In this document: one piece after another, positions 55,884-64,000 of the stretch
How the letters are laid out: each line of letters starts with the position of its first letter
Numbering within the stretch: the stretch's first letter is position 1
Origin: an uncultured Erysipelotrichaceae bacterium
Lineage (GTDB): Bacteria > Bacillota_I > Bacilli_A > RFN20 > CAG-826
Direction of reading: 5' to 3'
Assembly: GCA_902800645.1 (NCBI GenBank)
Contig: CADCFC010000001.1
Coordinates: forward strand, 31,985 to 95,984
Length of the DNA: 64,000 nucleotides
Notes under the pieces: generated by a model
Seen by the model: the letters and a program-made list of their open reading frames with translations, nothing else
Told to the model about the DNA's origin: nothing
Database searches by the model: none
Translations under genes and position numbers: made by a program

Positions 55884-58190
55884 ATGTTAGACATATACGA
55901 GACGTTAGAGTTTAAAAAGATTCAGGAACAAATTTTAGAATTCTGTAAAACAGAAAAAGGTAAAGAATTTGTTCTTTCTTTAAAGATGTCGACTTCTAAG
56001 GATGATGTTAAAAAGAATCTTGATGAACTACAAGAAATGGTTGATTTAATTTCTCGATATGGTGAATTCCCTCTTTCTAGTAGTGTTACCATTTTAAAAT
56101 TAATTGAAATCGCTAAGAAGACTGCGATGATGACTCCTAGTGATTTAAATCACGTTCTTAATGATATTGAGACTAGCGATAAGATTATTGCTTACTATAA
56201 GAAAAATGGAGAGAGTTTCCCTTTAATCGGAGAAAAGATTAATTCGATGAAAGATCTCTCTAGTTTAAGAAGTGCGATTAAAAGAACAATAACTCCAAGT
56301 CTCACCGTTAGCGATAACGCTTCTCCTTTATTAAAAGAAATCAGAAGAAAAATCAAAACGCTTGAAGCCGGTTTAACTAGCAAAGTTAACTCTTTGAGCT
56401 ATAATTACTCAACTTACTTAAGCGATAATAATGTAACGATAAGAGATGGACATTTTGTCTTACCTGTCAAAACCGCATATAAAAATAAAATCTTAGGTAT
56501 TATCTACGATGTCTCTGATAGTGGGAACACAACCTTTATTGAACCTTTAGAAATCGTGCAAATCAATAACGATATAGCGAATAAGAGATACGAAGAAAAT
56601 GAAGAGGTTAGAAAGATTCTTAAAGAATTAACCGCTTTAGTCCTCCTCCAAGAGGATGAAGTCATACATAATAACTATGTTATTGGCTATTTGGACTTCT
56701 TAAGCGCAAAAGGCAAATACTCGTTAGATAATGACATGAAAATTGCCAAAATTAGCGATAAACAAGTCGTTCATCTTTATAGTGCTAGACACCCATTAAT
56801 CGACAAAAACAAAGTCGTTAGTAACGATTATCATTTAGATGAAGAGAAACGCATCGTTGTAATTAGCGGACCTAACGCTGGAGGAAAAACAGTTTCCTTA
56901 AAAGTGGTGGGATTATTGACGTTACTTAATCAATGTGGACTAGCCTTACCAGTAAAAGAAGCAGAACTAGGTGTATTTAGTAATATCTATTTAGATATCG
57001 GTGACAATCAATCTCTTTCTGATAATTTATCAACTTTCTCCGCTCACATGAAAAATATTGCAGAGATTATTGATTTAGCAAAAGGAAAAGACCTAGTAAT
57101 TTTAGATGAGCTTGGAACTGGTACTGATCCTAAAGAAGGAGAAGTAATCGCGTTAACAATAGTTAAAGAGCTAGAAAAGAAACATTCTTTGTGCTTGATT
57201 AGTTCTCACTATTCAAAGATTAAAGAATACGCTTATATCTCTAAAAATATCGAAAACAGTTCAATGCTATTTGATGAAGAGAAATTATTACCAACTTATG
57301 TCTATAAATATCAAACCCCCGGAAAGAGTTATGGCTTAGAAGTTGCTAAGCGTTATGGACTGTCTTCTAAAGCAATTGATGAAGTTAAAAAAGAATTCGA
57401 TAAAGATAATAATAATGAGTTTGAAACGTTGCTTACTAAGCTTCAAAGTCAAATAGACGAAACGGAGCGTTATAAGCGCGAACTTCTTTTAAAAGAAGAT
57501 TTACTCAACAGAAAAGAAAAAGAGCTGGAAAACGCTCAAAATAACCTGAAAAATCAAAAAGAGCATCTATTAGAGGATGTTAAAAAAGAAAAAGAACAAA
57601 TTATTAATGAAGTTAATGAAAAAGTTGATGAAGTAATTAAATCTCTTTCTAGTGGTGATCTTAAGCTTCATGAAGCAATTGAAATCAAAAAGAAAATTGA
57701 AGATTTAAAAGATGAAGAAATTGAAATCTACTATGATGAAGAGATTAAAGAAAACGATTATGTCTTATTAACTTCTTTAGGAATTGAAGGAAGAGTGATC
57801 AGAATCACTAATAAGAAAGCTCATATTCTTTCTCGCGATGGAATGAGCTACGATATCGATCTCAATAAGCTCCATAAAATTAATGCACCTAAAAATAACA
57901 AGATAAAAACCAACCATCAAAATTTTGAAAACAAGATTAATACATCTGTTGGTTTAGAACTTAACATCATCGGGATGCATAGAGATGAAGCAAAAGAGGC
58001 TTTGATTAAATATCTAGATAGCTGCAAAGTTAAGAATCTTAAACAAGTTAGAATTGTTCACGGCTTTGGTAGTGGTGTTTTAAGAAAGATGGTTCATGAA
58101 TATCTCTCTACTTTAAAAGGAGTCAAATATCGCTTAGGCGACATTAATGAAGGAGGGGGCGGAGCAACCGTCGTAATTCTCCATGACTGA
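55884..58190 (+). CDS. mutS2: Endonuclease MutS2 (Smr domain)
   Basis: Walker A GPNAGGKTV, DELGTGTDP, a long coiled-coil and a C-terminal Smr domain (LNIIGMHRDEA...VRIVHGFGSGVLR). I set the start at the ATG at 55884 (MLDIYETLEFKKI); the tracked ORF begins at an upstream TTG. Confidence 0.9.
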   Translation: MLDIYETLEFKKIQEQILEFCKTEKGKEFVLSLKMSTSKDDVKKNLDELQEMVDLISRYGEFPLSSSVTILKLIEIAKKTAMMTPSDLNHVLNDIETSDKIIAYYKKNGESFPLIGEKINSMKDLSSLRSAIKRTITPSLTVSDNASPLLKEIRRKIKTLEAGLTSKVNSLSYNYSTYLSDNNVTIRDGHFVLPVKTAYKNKILGIIYDVSDSGNTTFIEPLEIVQINNDIANKRYEENEEVRKILKELTALVLLQEDEVIHNNYVIGYLDFLSAKGKYSLDNDMKIAKISDKQVVHLYSARHPLIDKNKVVSNDYHLDEEKRIVVISGPNAGGKTVSLKVVGLLTLLNQCGLALPVKEAELGVFSNIYLDIGDNQSLSDNLSTFSAHMKNIAEIIDLAKGKDLVILDELGTGTDPKEGEVIALTIVKELEKKHSLCLISSHYSKIKEYAYISKNIENSSMLFDEEKLLPTYVYKYQTPGKSYGLEVAKRYGLSSKAIDEVKKEFDKDNNNEFETLLTKLQSQIDETERYKRELLLKEDLLNRKEKELENAQNNLKNQKEHLLEDVKKEKEQIINEVNEKVDEVIKSLSSGDLKLHEAIEIKKKIEDLKDEEIEIYYDEEIKENDYVLLTSLGIEGRVIRITNKKAHILSRDGMSYDIDLNKLHKINAPKNNKIKTNHQNFENKINTSVGLELNIIGMHRDEAKEALIKYLDSCKVKNLKQVRIVHGFGSGVLRKMVHEYLSTLKGVKYRLGDINEGGGGATVVILHD

Positions 58191-59934
58191 AAAGCTTAAA
58201 CTTCTCATTTCTAATTTAAAACACGCGCCTGGAGTCTATCTCATGCATGATAAAGACGATAAAGTCATCTATGTCGGCAAGGCTAAAGATTTATATAAGC
58301 GTGTTTCTCAATATTTTTTAAGACCGCAAACCGGTAAAGTTTTTAAGATGGTTCAAAGCGTTGATTATTTTGAAACTATCATTGTACAAAACGAGAAAGA
58401 AGCACTTGTTTTAGAGATGAATCTAATTCATCAATATTACCCAAGATTTAATATTTTATTAAAAGATGGTAGCCATTACCCTTATATTGCCCTAAAAAAG
58501 AAAGGTGATGTCACCCTACAAATTAAAAGAAATAAAAAAGATAACGCTTATGAATATTTCGGTCCTTTCCCTAATAGTGGCGCTGCATATAAAATGGTGG
58601 ATTTAATCAATAAGATATATCCAATTCGTAAATGTCATCATATTCCTAGTGAAGTTTGTCTCTATTATCACTTAGGTCAATGCTTAGCGCCTTGTGTTAA
58701 TAAGATTAGTGAAGAAGAATATAGCGAATTAAGAAATCAAATTAAAGAATTCCTTAGAGGCAATAATAGTGATATCAAACACGAGCTCAAAGAAAAGATG
58801 ATTTCTGCTTCTAGTAACATGGAATATGAACTAGCAGGTGATTATAAAAAACTTATCGATTCAATCGACCATATTAATGCTTCTCAAACCGTTGAATCTA
58901 AAGATAAAGTTGATCGTGATATTTTTGCCTTTAGTAGTAGAAACGGTTATTTATCTTTAACATTTTTGATTTATCGAAATGGAATGTTACTCGGGAAAGA
59001 AAGCCATATTGTTGAACAATTTGGTGAAGAAGAAGATCAAGTTAGCGATTTAATCACTCAACTATATGAAAGGTGTCCTTTACCAGACGAAATCATTATT
59101 AATAATGAGGCAATCGTTAAAGAACTCAAAAATTACTATGACATTGAAATATACGGAGTTTCTAGAGGTAAACTTTATGACCTCATTATGAGCGCGAAAA
59201 GTAACGCCGAAAACGCCTTAGATGAATATTTCTTATCTTCAAAATTAGATACGGATAAGATGGAACTAATTGATGAACTCGGTAAACTTTTAAACATTAA
59301 AACTCCTTATCATATCGAACTATTCGATAACTCACATTTACAAGGATCTTCTCCAGTGGGAGCCATGGTGGCCTTTATTAACGGTGAAGCGAATAAATCT
59401 TTGTATCGTAAATTTAAGATTGAACACGAGGAAGCTAGAGATGACTTTAAGAGTATGAATGAAGTGATTACTCGTCATTATTCTAGGCTTAAGGAAGAGA
59501 ATAAAAAATATCCTGATCTCATCCTTGTTGATGGTGGTCTTCCTCAAGTTCAAAGTGCGACTGACGCATTAAAAAATATAGAAGTAAATATTCCTGTATT
59601 TGGCTTATATAAAGATGATCGTCATAGCACAAGTGGATTAATCGACATTGATGGCAATACATATCCAATTGAAAATAAGAAATTATTCTTTCTTTTAACT
59701 CGTATGCAAGATGAAGTGCATAGATTCGCTATTTCGTTCCATAAGGAAAAAAGAAACAAAGCAATGACGGTGTCTTATTTTGATGATATTAAAGGACTTG
59801 GAAGTAAAAGAAGAGAACTATTGAATCATTTCTACCCAGATATTGTTTCCTTAAAGAATGCGACGATAGAAGAGTTATCACAAATGCTTCCTGAACAAGT
59901 CGCAAAAGACTTATATAATAAAATCCATAATTAA
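58183..59934 (+). CDS. uvrC: Excinuclease ABC subunit C
   Basis: 583 aa with GIY-YIG (PGVYLMHDKDDKVIYVGKAKDL), a UvrBC domain, an endonuclease V-like domain and a C-terminal HhH. Confidence 0.95.
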   Translation: MTEKLKLLISNLKHAPGVYLMHDKDDKVIYVGKAKDLYKRVSQYFLRPQTGKVFKMVQSVDYFETIIVQNEKEALVLEMNLIHQYYPRFNILLKDGSHYPYIALKKKGDVTLQIKRNKKDNAYEYFGPFPNSGAAYKMVDLINKIYPIRKCHHIPSEVCLYYHLGQCLAPCVNKISEEEYSELRNQIKEFLRGNNSDIKHELKEKMISASSNMEYELAGDYKKLIDSIDHINASQTVESKDKVDRDIFAFSSRNGYLSLTFLIYRNGMLLGKESHIVEQFGEEEDQVSDLITQLYERCPLPDEIIINNEAIVKELKNYYDIEIYGVSRGKLYDLIMSAKSNAENALDEYFLSSKLDTDKMELIDELGKLLNIKTPYHIELFDNSHLQGSSPVGAMVAFINGEANKSLYRKFKIEHEEARDDFKSMNEVITRHYSRLKEENKKYPDLILVDGGLPQVQSATDALKNIEVNIPVFGLYKDDRHSTSGLIDIDGNTYPIENKKLFFLLTRMQDEVHRFAISFHKEKRNKAMTVSYFDDIKGLGSKRRELLNHFYPDIVSLKNATIEELSQMLPEQVAKDLYNKIHN

Positions 59935-59937
59935 GTC

Positions 59938-59966
59938 TTGCAAAAAAATATTCTTTTTAAGATAAT
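59938..59966 (+). promoter_or_regulatory. Putative promoter of tRNA-Arg
   Basis: TTGCAA, 17 nt, then GATAAT, about 40 nt upstream of the mature tRNA 5' end. Confidence 0.45.
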
Positions 59967-60008
59967 ATATTAGCGTTTAGAAGGCGTAATAAAGTTATGA
60001 CCTTATTT

Positions 60009-60085
<77 letters not shown>

Positions 60086-60098
60086 AACAATCAAAATT

Positions 60099-60125
60099 CC
60101 ACTCATTTGAGTGGTTTTTGTTTTC
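60099..60125 (+). terminator. Intrinsic terminator after tRNA-Arg
   Basis: CCACTC-attt-GAGTGG followed by TTTTTGTTTT. Confidence 0.6.
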
Positions 60126-60149
60126 TTATTAATACTTCTGATGAATTGC

Positions 60150-60158
60150 TGATATAAT
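60150..60158 (+). promoter_or_regulatory. Extended -10 promoter element for the Cys/His-repeat lipoprotein gene
   Basis: TGaTATAAT lies 26 nt upstream of the ATG and an AGAGG RBS follows. The -35 is weak (TTAATA). Confidence 0.4.
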
Positions 60159-60183
60159 AAAAGGGTCATAGAGGTACTTAAAT

Positions 60184-61050
60184 ATGAAAAAAGCACTTAA
60201 GTTATTATTTAGCGTGGTCTGTTTTAGTATGCTTTCGCTTAGCGCTTGTGGTGGCAATGCATCTCCAGCACACGAACATACCTGGTCCGGTGGATGGAGT
60301 TCAGATGCGACAAATCACTGGCATGAATGCGAGACATGCGGTGCTAAAAAAGATGAAGCAGCACACGAATATGATAATGATCATGACGCAATATGTAATG
60401 TCTGTGGATATGAACGCTCTTTAGGTAATCACGTGGCGGAATCTAGTTGGTCACACGATAGTGCTCATCACTGGCATGCTTGTCAACATCTAGGCTGCGA
60501 ACTTACGTTTGACTATGCTAAGCATAGCTTCGATGATGACCACGACACAACTTGCGAATGTGGATATGTTCGCGATATAGGTGATCACGCTCCAAAATCA
60601 ACATGGAGAAAGGATGACACACATCACTGGCATGATTGTCAACATGAAGGCTGTGAATTGAAATTCGATTTTAACGAACATACCGCTGATCTTCATGGCT
60701 TTTGCGATACTTGTGGAGAATACCTCGGCCAACTCAAAGACATGCCATATAATGATAACTACAGCGTTGAGAATCGAGCTGATTTTGGAACTCTTGCCGC
60801 AGGGACGTATTATTACAGAATAAAATTTTCTATACTTTCAGGATCACTTAACGTTATTTCGTCAAATATGTCTAGCGAATCATATGTTTTTTATTGGAAA
60901 AATTATACTACTAAAGTATGGATGCAAAGCGGTGATACTTGTGAAGTTGGACCTATAAATACATATGACGCTTTTGGTTATTTGGTGATCACTCTAACTT
61001 CTCAGGTGACTAATGTTTATATTACTTACTATACTCATATAAGCAGATAG
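60184..61050 (+). CDS. Lipoprotein with three tandem Cys/His/Trp-rich ~50-aa modules plus a beta-rich C-terminal domain
   Basis: 288 aa with a signal peptide and lipobox (MLSLSAC-G). Three repeats have the pattern H..x.W...D...HHWH.C...GC........H.......C..CGY. I recognise no named family. Confidence 0.7.
   Translation: MKKALKLLFSVVCFSMLSLSACGGNASPAHEHTWSGGWSSDATNHWHECETCGAKKDEAAHEYDNDHDAICNVCGYERSLGNHVAESSWSHDSAHHWHACQHLGCELTFDYAKHSFDDDHDTTCECGYVRDIGDHAPKSTWRKDDTHHWHDCQHEGCELKFDFNEHTADLHGFCDTCGEYLGQLKDMPYNDNYSVENRADFGTLAAGTYYYRIKFSILSGSLNVISSNMSSESYVFYWKNYTTKVWMQSGDTCEVGPINTYDAFGYLVITLTSQVTNVYITYYTHISR
60271..60729 (+). repeat. Three tandem coding repeats (52, 52 and 49 aa) of the HWHxC / CxxCG module
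   Basis: R1 HEHTWSGGWSSDATNHWHECETCG...HDAICNVCGY. R2 NHVAESSWSHDSAHHWHACQHLGCELTFDYAKHSFDDDHDTTCECGY. R3 DHAPKSTWRKDDTHHWHDCQHEGCELKFDFNEHTADLHGFCDTCGE. R2 and R3 are the most similar pair. Confidence 0.8.
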
Positions 61051-61097
61051 CAATTATTACAGATAGGCATAAAATTATTTATACCTATTTATTATTT

Positions 61098-61128
61098 CGC
61101 CTATACATTAATTTGTGTAGGCGTTTTT
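61098..61128 (+). terminator. Intrinsic terminator of the lipoprotein gene
   Basis: CGCCTATAC-attaattt-GTGTAGGCG (one mismatch) followed by TTTTT. Confidence 0.55.
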
Positions 61129-61178
61129 ATTAACTCAATCATATTAACTTATTCCACCAACACTGTTATAAAAAAATG

Positions 61179-61336
61179 AGATAAAAGTCCTTAAGGTGGC
61201 ACCATAATTTTTATAAAGATCTTTTCTAATAAAAAATATGTTAGCTGAGTTACAAATTGCTTAGTGACCATTAAGTCCGTTAGAGCAATACACGATAAAG
61301 ATTGAGACATTTCGGTCCCACCGGGATGTCTTTTTT
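61179..61336 (+). ncRNA. Candidate small non-coding RNA (~155 nt) with its own promoter and strong terminator
   Basis: The promoter is TTAACT (61144-61149), 17 nt, then TGtTATAAA (61164-61172). The terminator is a 12-bp stem AGACATTTCGGT-ccc-ACCGGGATGTCT (61305-61331) followed by a T-run. No ORF longer than 8 codons lies on this strand in between. Confidence 0.35.
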
Positions 61337-61617
61337 CATATGCCTTGTATATGTATAAAGAGAAATATTGTGTGTAGTCTGTTTTCAGAAAAACCAAAAA
61401 TTGATCGAAAAATGCAAAAAATGAAGAAGACCTCTAGGCGACTCGAATCGAACTCGAGTAGCATCGAGGCTCCTTTTGTAAATGGTGTCTGTGTATATTA
61501 AGTTAAAATTAAAAAAATAAAAAATAAATAATTATTACAAAAAACCAGTTAATATATATGTAGTATTTATTAAATGTCATTCATATGTTTTATTCATATT
61601 GATAGGAGAATTAAGCG

Positions 61618-64000
61618 ATGAAAAGTACAAGTAAATTTCTTAGTCTAAAGATATCAGGCGTTCTCTTTTTAGGCGCAACTATGATTATTGGAGTAGTTAA
61701 AGCATTGAGTCAAAACAAAGTTTTACCTGCTGAAGCTACAACTGCATATAAGCCATATGGTATCGCATTTGATTCAAATTTGGTAGATTCATATAGGCCT
61801 AATACAGCTAACGCCACTTCTGGTAGTGCTGTAGATGGAAAGTGGACTTGGTCAAATAGTACTGGTGTCACTTTTAGTGAAGCAAATTTTATTTATATTC
61901 AATCCTCAACAGGAACTGCCAAAGGAACTTATAAACATTTAAAGTTTACTATTCAATCCGGCAAAACAGCTCAAATTGCTTTCCACAACAATAAAGAAAT
62001 TAATTTAACGGGCGCTGGTGTTGAAATGTATTGCGATAGAGAATTATCAATGTCTGTGCACGATAATACAGGAAAGATAAATATTTCTAAAAATATAACC
62101 GGGGAAAAGACAAGAGATACAAATGTACCTGGTAGTGCTTATGTTTATGGAACAACAGGATCAGGATCTGGAATAGAATCCTATTGCGATACTTTGTACA
62201 TCGAATTCACCAATAATCAAAGTAGTACAGCGGTTATATACATTTCTACCATTCAAGTATATGCCGAAGACCATGTAGCAACTTATAACCTCAATGGTGG
62301 GCATTTTCCAAACGCTGAATACTTGAACACGATTTATTGCATAGCAGGCAACTTGTATTTATTTAACTATAGCGATCCTTCAAAGATTATGACACCAACT
62401 GCAAATCCAATTACAATTCCAGTAAAAGAAGATTATTTTTTTAAAGGATTTTATAAAGAAGATACATTCGAAAATATCTTTATTGATGAAACCGGATATC
62501 TTGTTGATGGAATTGACCATCGATTTACATCACCTTTCAATTTGTATGCAAAATGGGCTACTGCTGGCCAACCAGTAACTATTGCAGCAGGTACAGGTGT
62601 AAGTGAAGTATTTACTTCAACTGACATAAATGCCACAACTGGCAATCCAAGTGGCTATTGTTATGAGTCTGGTAATCTTGTCTATGGGTTTGCTGTTATA
62701 AGAAATGGCGCTACACCTCTTGCAGGATGGACGCATATTTCAAATAACGTTTATCGTGTAAATAATGGTTACACTATTGCGGATGCTGAAGTTAATTTTG
62801 GTACCATTGCATGTACATTGACTCCATATCACATTACATATGATATAGATGATGGTGAAGTCGCTACTGATAACCCAACTACATACAACGTAGATACAGA
62901 AACTTTCACACTAATTAACCCTACTAAAACCGGATATACGTTTACTGGTTGGAGTGGTACCGATTTAGATGGTGAAGATAATTTAGAAGTCACTATTGCT
63001 ATAGGAAGTACTGGTGATAGAAGCTATACCGCTCACTATAGTTTAGATACATACTCAATTACTTATGATTTAAAAGGCGGATCTCTTTCAAGTGATAACC
63101 CAACCGAATATACATATTTAACTGATGATTTTACTTTAAATAATCCAACAAAGACCGGATACAGCTTTTTAGGATGGACAGGAAGCAACGGTGATATACC
63201 TCAAACAACTGTCACAATTCCTCAGAATAGCTTTGGAGACAAATCTTATACTGCAAACTGGCAAGTAAATAACTATAAAGTTACTTTGAATAGAGGTGGA
63301 GCGGATTCAGGTACTCCTTATGTCAATGTTGACTATGGATCAGAAATGCCTGACATAGTTATTCCTACACTTTCACATAAAACATTTACTGGTTATTGGG
63401 ATGGAAACGATGAATCAATTTGCACTCAATATTATGACGCTGAAGGACATAGTACTCATGTTTGGGATAAAGAAACAAATAGTACTATTTATGCTCACTA
63501 CAGAACTAATTTAGAATTTTTATCAGTAACTGATACAACCCACACTTATGATGGATCAAGTCATTCTTATGGTGTCCTTACCTTATGTTATTATGAGGAC
63601 AATGTCCAAAAATCCATCTATGAAGGTGAATACGATATTTTATTTAGCGCTGATGAAGGAGCAACATACACCTTAGATAAATCAGAAGGTGCAACATTTG
63701 TTAATGCTGGAACCTATACGGTTTATTTCCAAGCAACAAAAGAAGGCTTTACTTCTTTAATTGGATCATTTGACATTGTTATTAATAAAGCAGATGCATC
63801 AATGACTCCTCCAGACGCTAGAGAAGAGCTTGTTTATGATGGTAATCCAATGTATTTAACGACTAGAGGTTACTCCGATGATGGAATGGTAATGTATAAC
63901 ATCGATGGTGGAGAATGGCAAAGTGAAAGGCCACAAGTTACTAATGCTGGAACTTATACAGTTGGATATAAAGTTATTGGAGATATTAACCATAATGACA
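61618..64000 (+). CDS. Large surface-anchored protein with Listeria-Bacteroides (InlB B-type / Flg_new) repeats; 3' end beyond window
   Basis: This ORF is not in the ORF track because it has no in-window stop. The ATG at 61618 follows an AGGAG RBS (61604-61608) and the frame is open for 794 codons to the window edge. It has an N-terminal signal/anchor helix, a ~180-aa beta-rich domain, and repeats with the hallmark NPTKTGYTFTGWSG...YTAHY / NPTKTGYSFLGWTG...YTANW. Confidence 0.8.
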   Translation, partial: MKSTSKFLSLKISGVLFLGATMIIGVVKALSQNKVLPAEATTAYKPYGIAFDSNLVDSYRPNTANATSGSAVDGKWTWSNSTGVTFSEANFIYIQSSTGTAKGTYKHLKFTIQSGKTAQIAFHNNKEINLTGAGVEMYCDRELSMSVHDNTGKINISKNITGEKTRDTNVPGSAYVYGTTGSGSGIESYCDTLYIEFTNNQSSTAVIYISTIQVYAEDHVATYNLNGGHFPNAEYLNTIYCIAGNLYLFNYSDPSKIMTPTANPITIPVKEDYFFKGFYKEDTFENIFIDETGYLVDGIDHRFTSPFNLYAKWATAGQPVTIAAGTGVSEVFTSTDINATTGNPSGYCYESGNLVYGFAVIRNGATPLAGWTHISNNVYRVNNGYTIADAEVNFGTIACTLTPYHITYDIDDGEVATDNPTTYNVDTETFTLINPTKTGYTFTGWSGTDLDGEDNLEVTIAIGSTGDRSYTAHYSLDTYSITYDLKGGSLSSDNPTEYTYLTDDFTLNNPTKTGYSFLGWTGSNGDIPQTTVTIPQNSFGDKSYTANWQVNNYKVTLNRGGADSGTPYVNVDYGSEMPDIVIPTLSHKTFTGYWDGNDESICTQYYDAEGHSTHVWDKETNSTIYAHYRTNLEFLSVTDTTHTYDGSSHSYGVLTLCYYEDNVQKSIYEGEYDILFSADEGATYTLDKSEGATFVNAGTYTVYFQATKEGFTSLIGSFDIVINKADASMTPPDAREELVYDGNPMYLTTRGYSDDGMVMYNIDGGEWQSERPQVTNAGTYTVGYKVIGDINHND
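62275..63501 (+). repeat. At least four ~75-aa Listeria-Bacteroides-type coding repeats
   Basis: Units start near 62275 (ATYNLNGGHF...LYAKW), 62824 (YHITYDIDDGE...YTAHY), 63052 (YSITYDLKGGS...YTANW) and 63274 (YKVTLNRGGAD...IYAHY). The last three are spaced 225 nt apart. Confidence 0.6.

Noticed and set aside
61193-61207. A T-box-like core, AAGGTGGCACCATA, inside the candidate sRNA.
   Set aside because: It lacks the 3' CGCG of the T-box consensus and lies more than 100 nt from the terminator rather than forming its antiterminator. It has no Stem I-sized region upstream of it within the predicted transcript, and the downstream gene is not amino-acid related.
61270-61336. A tracrRNA-like element: AAGTCCGTTA resembles the Cas9 tracrRNA nexus (TAGTCCGTTA) and is followed by a terminator.
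   Set aside because: A 9-nt match is expected by chance many times in 64 kb. There is no GG...CC nexus stem, no anti-repeat partner, no CRISPR array and no cas gene in the window.
61191-61397. The 68-aa ORF on the - strand in the long spacer.
   Set aside because: It has a TTG start, no RBS and no recognisable motif. It runs antisense through the strong + strand terminator hairpin and the candidate sRNA, so it is most likely a chance ORF.
61441-61475. A possible att-type direct repeat or tRNA fragment: TCGAGTAGCATCGAGGC versus the tRNA-Arg 3' end TCGAGTCACCTCGAGGG (13/17), and a T-arm-like CTCGA-GTTCGAT-TCGAG on the - strand.
   Set aside because: The identity is low and driven by CTCGAG-type palindromes. 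The T-loop register is off (no G53-C61), no matching acceptor or anticodon arms exist, and no integrase is nearby.

Overview
This is a visibly AT-rich chromosomal segment from a low-GC Bacillota/Mollicutes-type bacterium. It is densely packed with housekeeping genes, and the local gene order closely follows Bacillus subtilis: rsgA-rpe...rpmB; rpsD-tyrS; ezrA-nifZ-thiI; infC-rpmI-rplT-thrS; dnaB-dnaI; polA-mutM-coaE; ysgA-pheST; mraZ-rsmH...ftsAZ...ileS-lspA-rluD; rnhC/mutS2-uvrC. TGA is used as a stop codon (rsgA, rpe and mutS2 end in TGA at their conserved C-termini) and Trp is always TGG, so this is genetic code 11. However, the dcw cluster is reduced to mraZ-rsmH-(small membrane ORF)-ftsA-ftsZ with no peptidoglycan genes, and lipoproteins with Mollicute-style lipoboxes are present. 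I therefore infer a wall-less, Acholeplasma-like lineage; this is an inference, not a database hit. I call about 55 CDS, one tRNA-Arg(UCU), one clear pseudogene (ackA, with an internal out-of-frame deletion), a fused fpg-coaE gene, several intrinsic terminators and sigma-70-type promoters, an L20-leader-like attenuator before infC, an MraZ operator, and a DnaA-box cluster before dnaB-dnaI. I found no CRISPR array, transposase, integrase, prophage or recognisable defence-gene cluster. The only accessory-looking part is the 3' end after tRNA-Arg (60.0-64.0 kb) together with the lipoprotein nuclease inserted between ftsZ and ileS. These are three surface proteins that share shuffled modules, including a Cys/His/Trp-rich ~50-aa repeat I cannot assign to a named family. 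Between them lies an orphan promoter-terminator unit that looks like a ~155-nt small RNA. These are my best candidates for something undescribed, but I cannot show a multi-gene system here.
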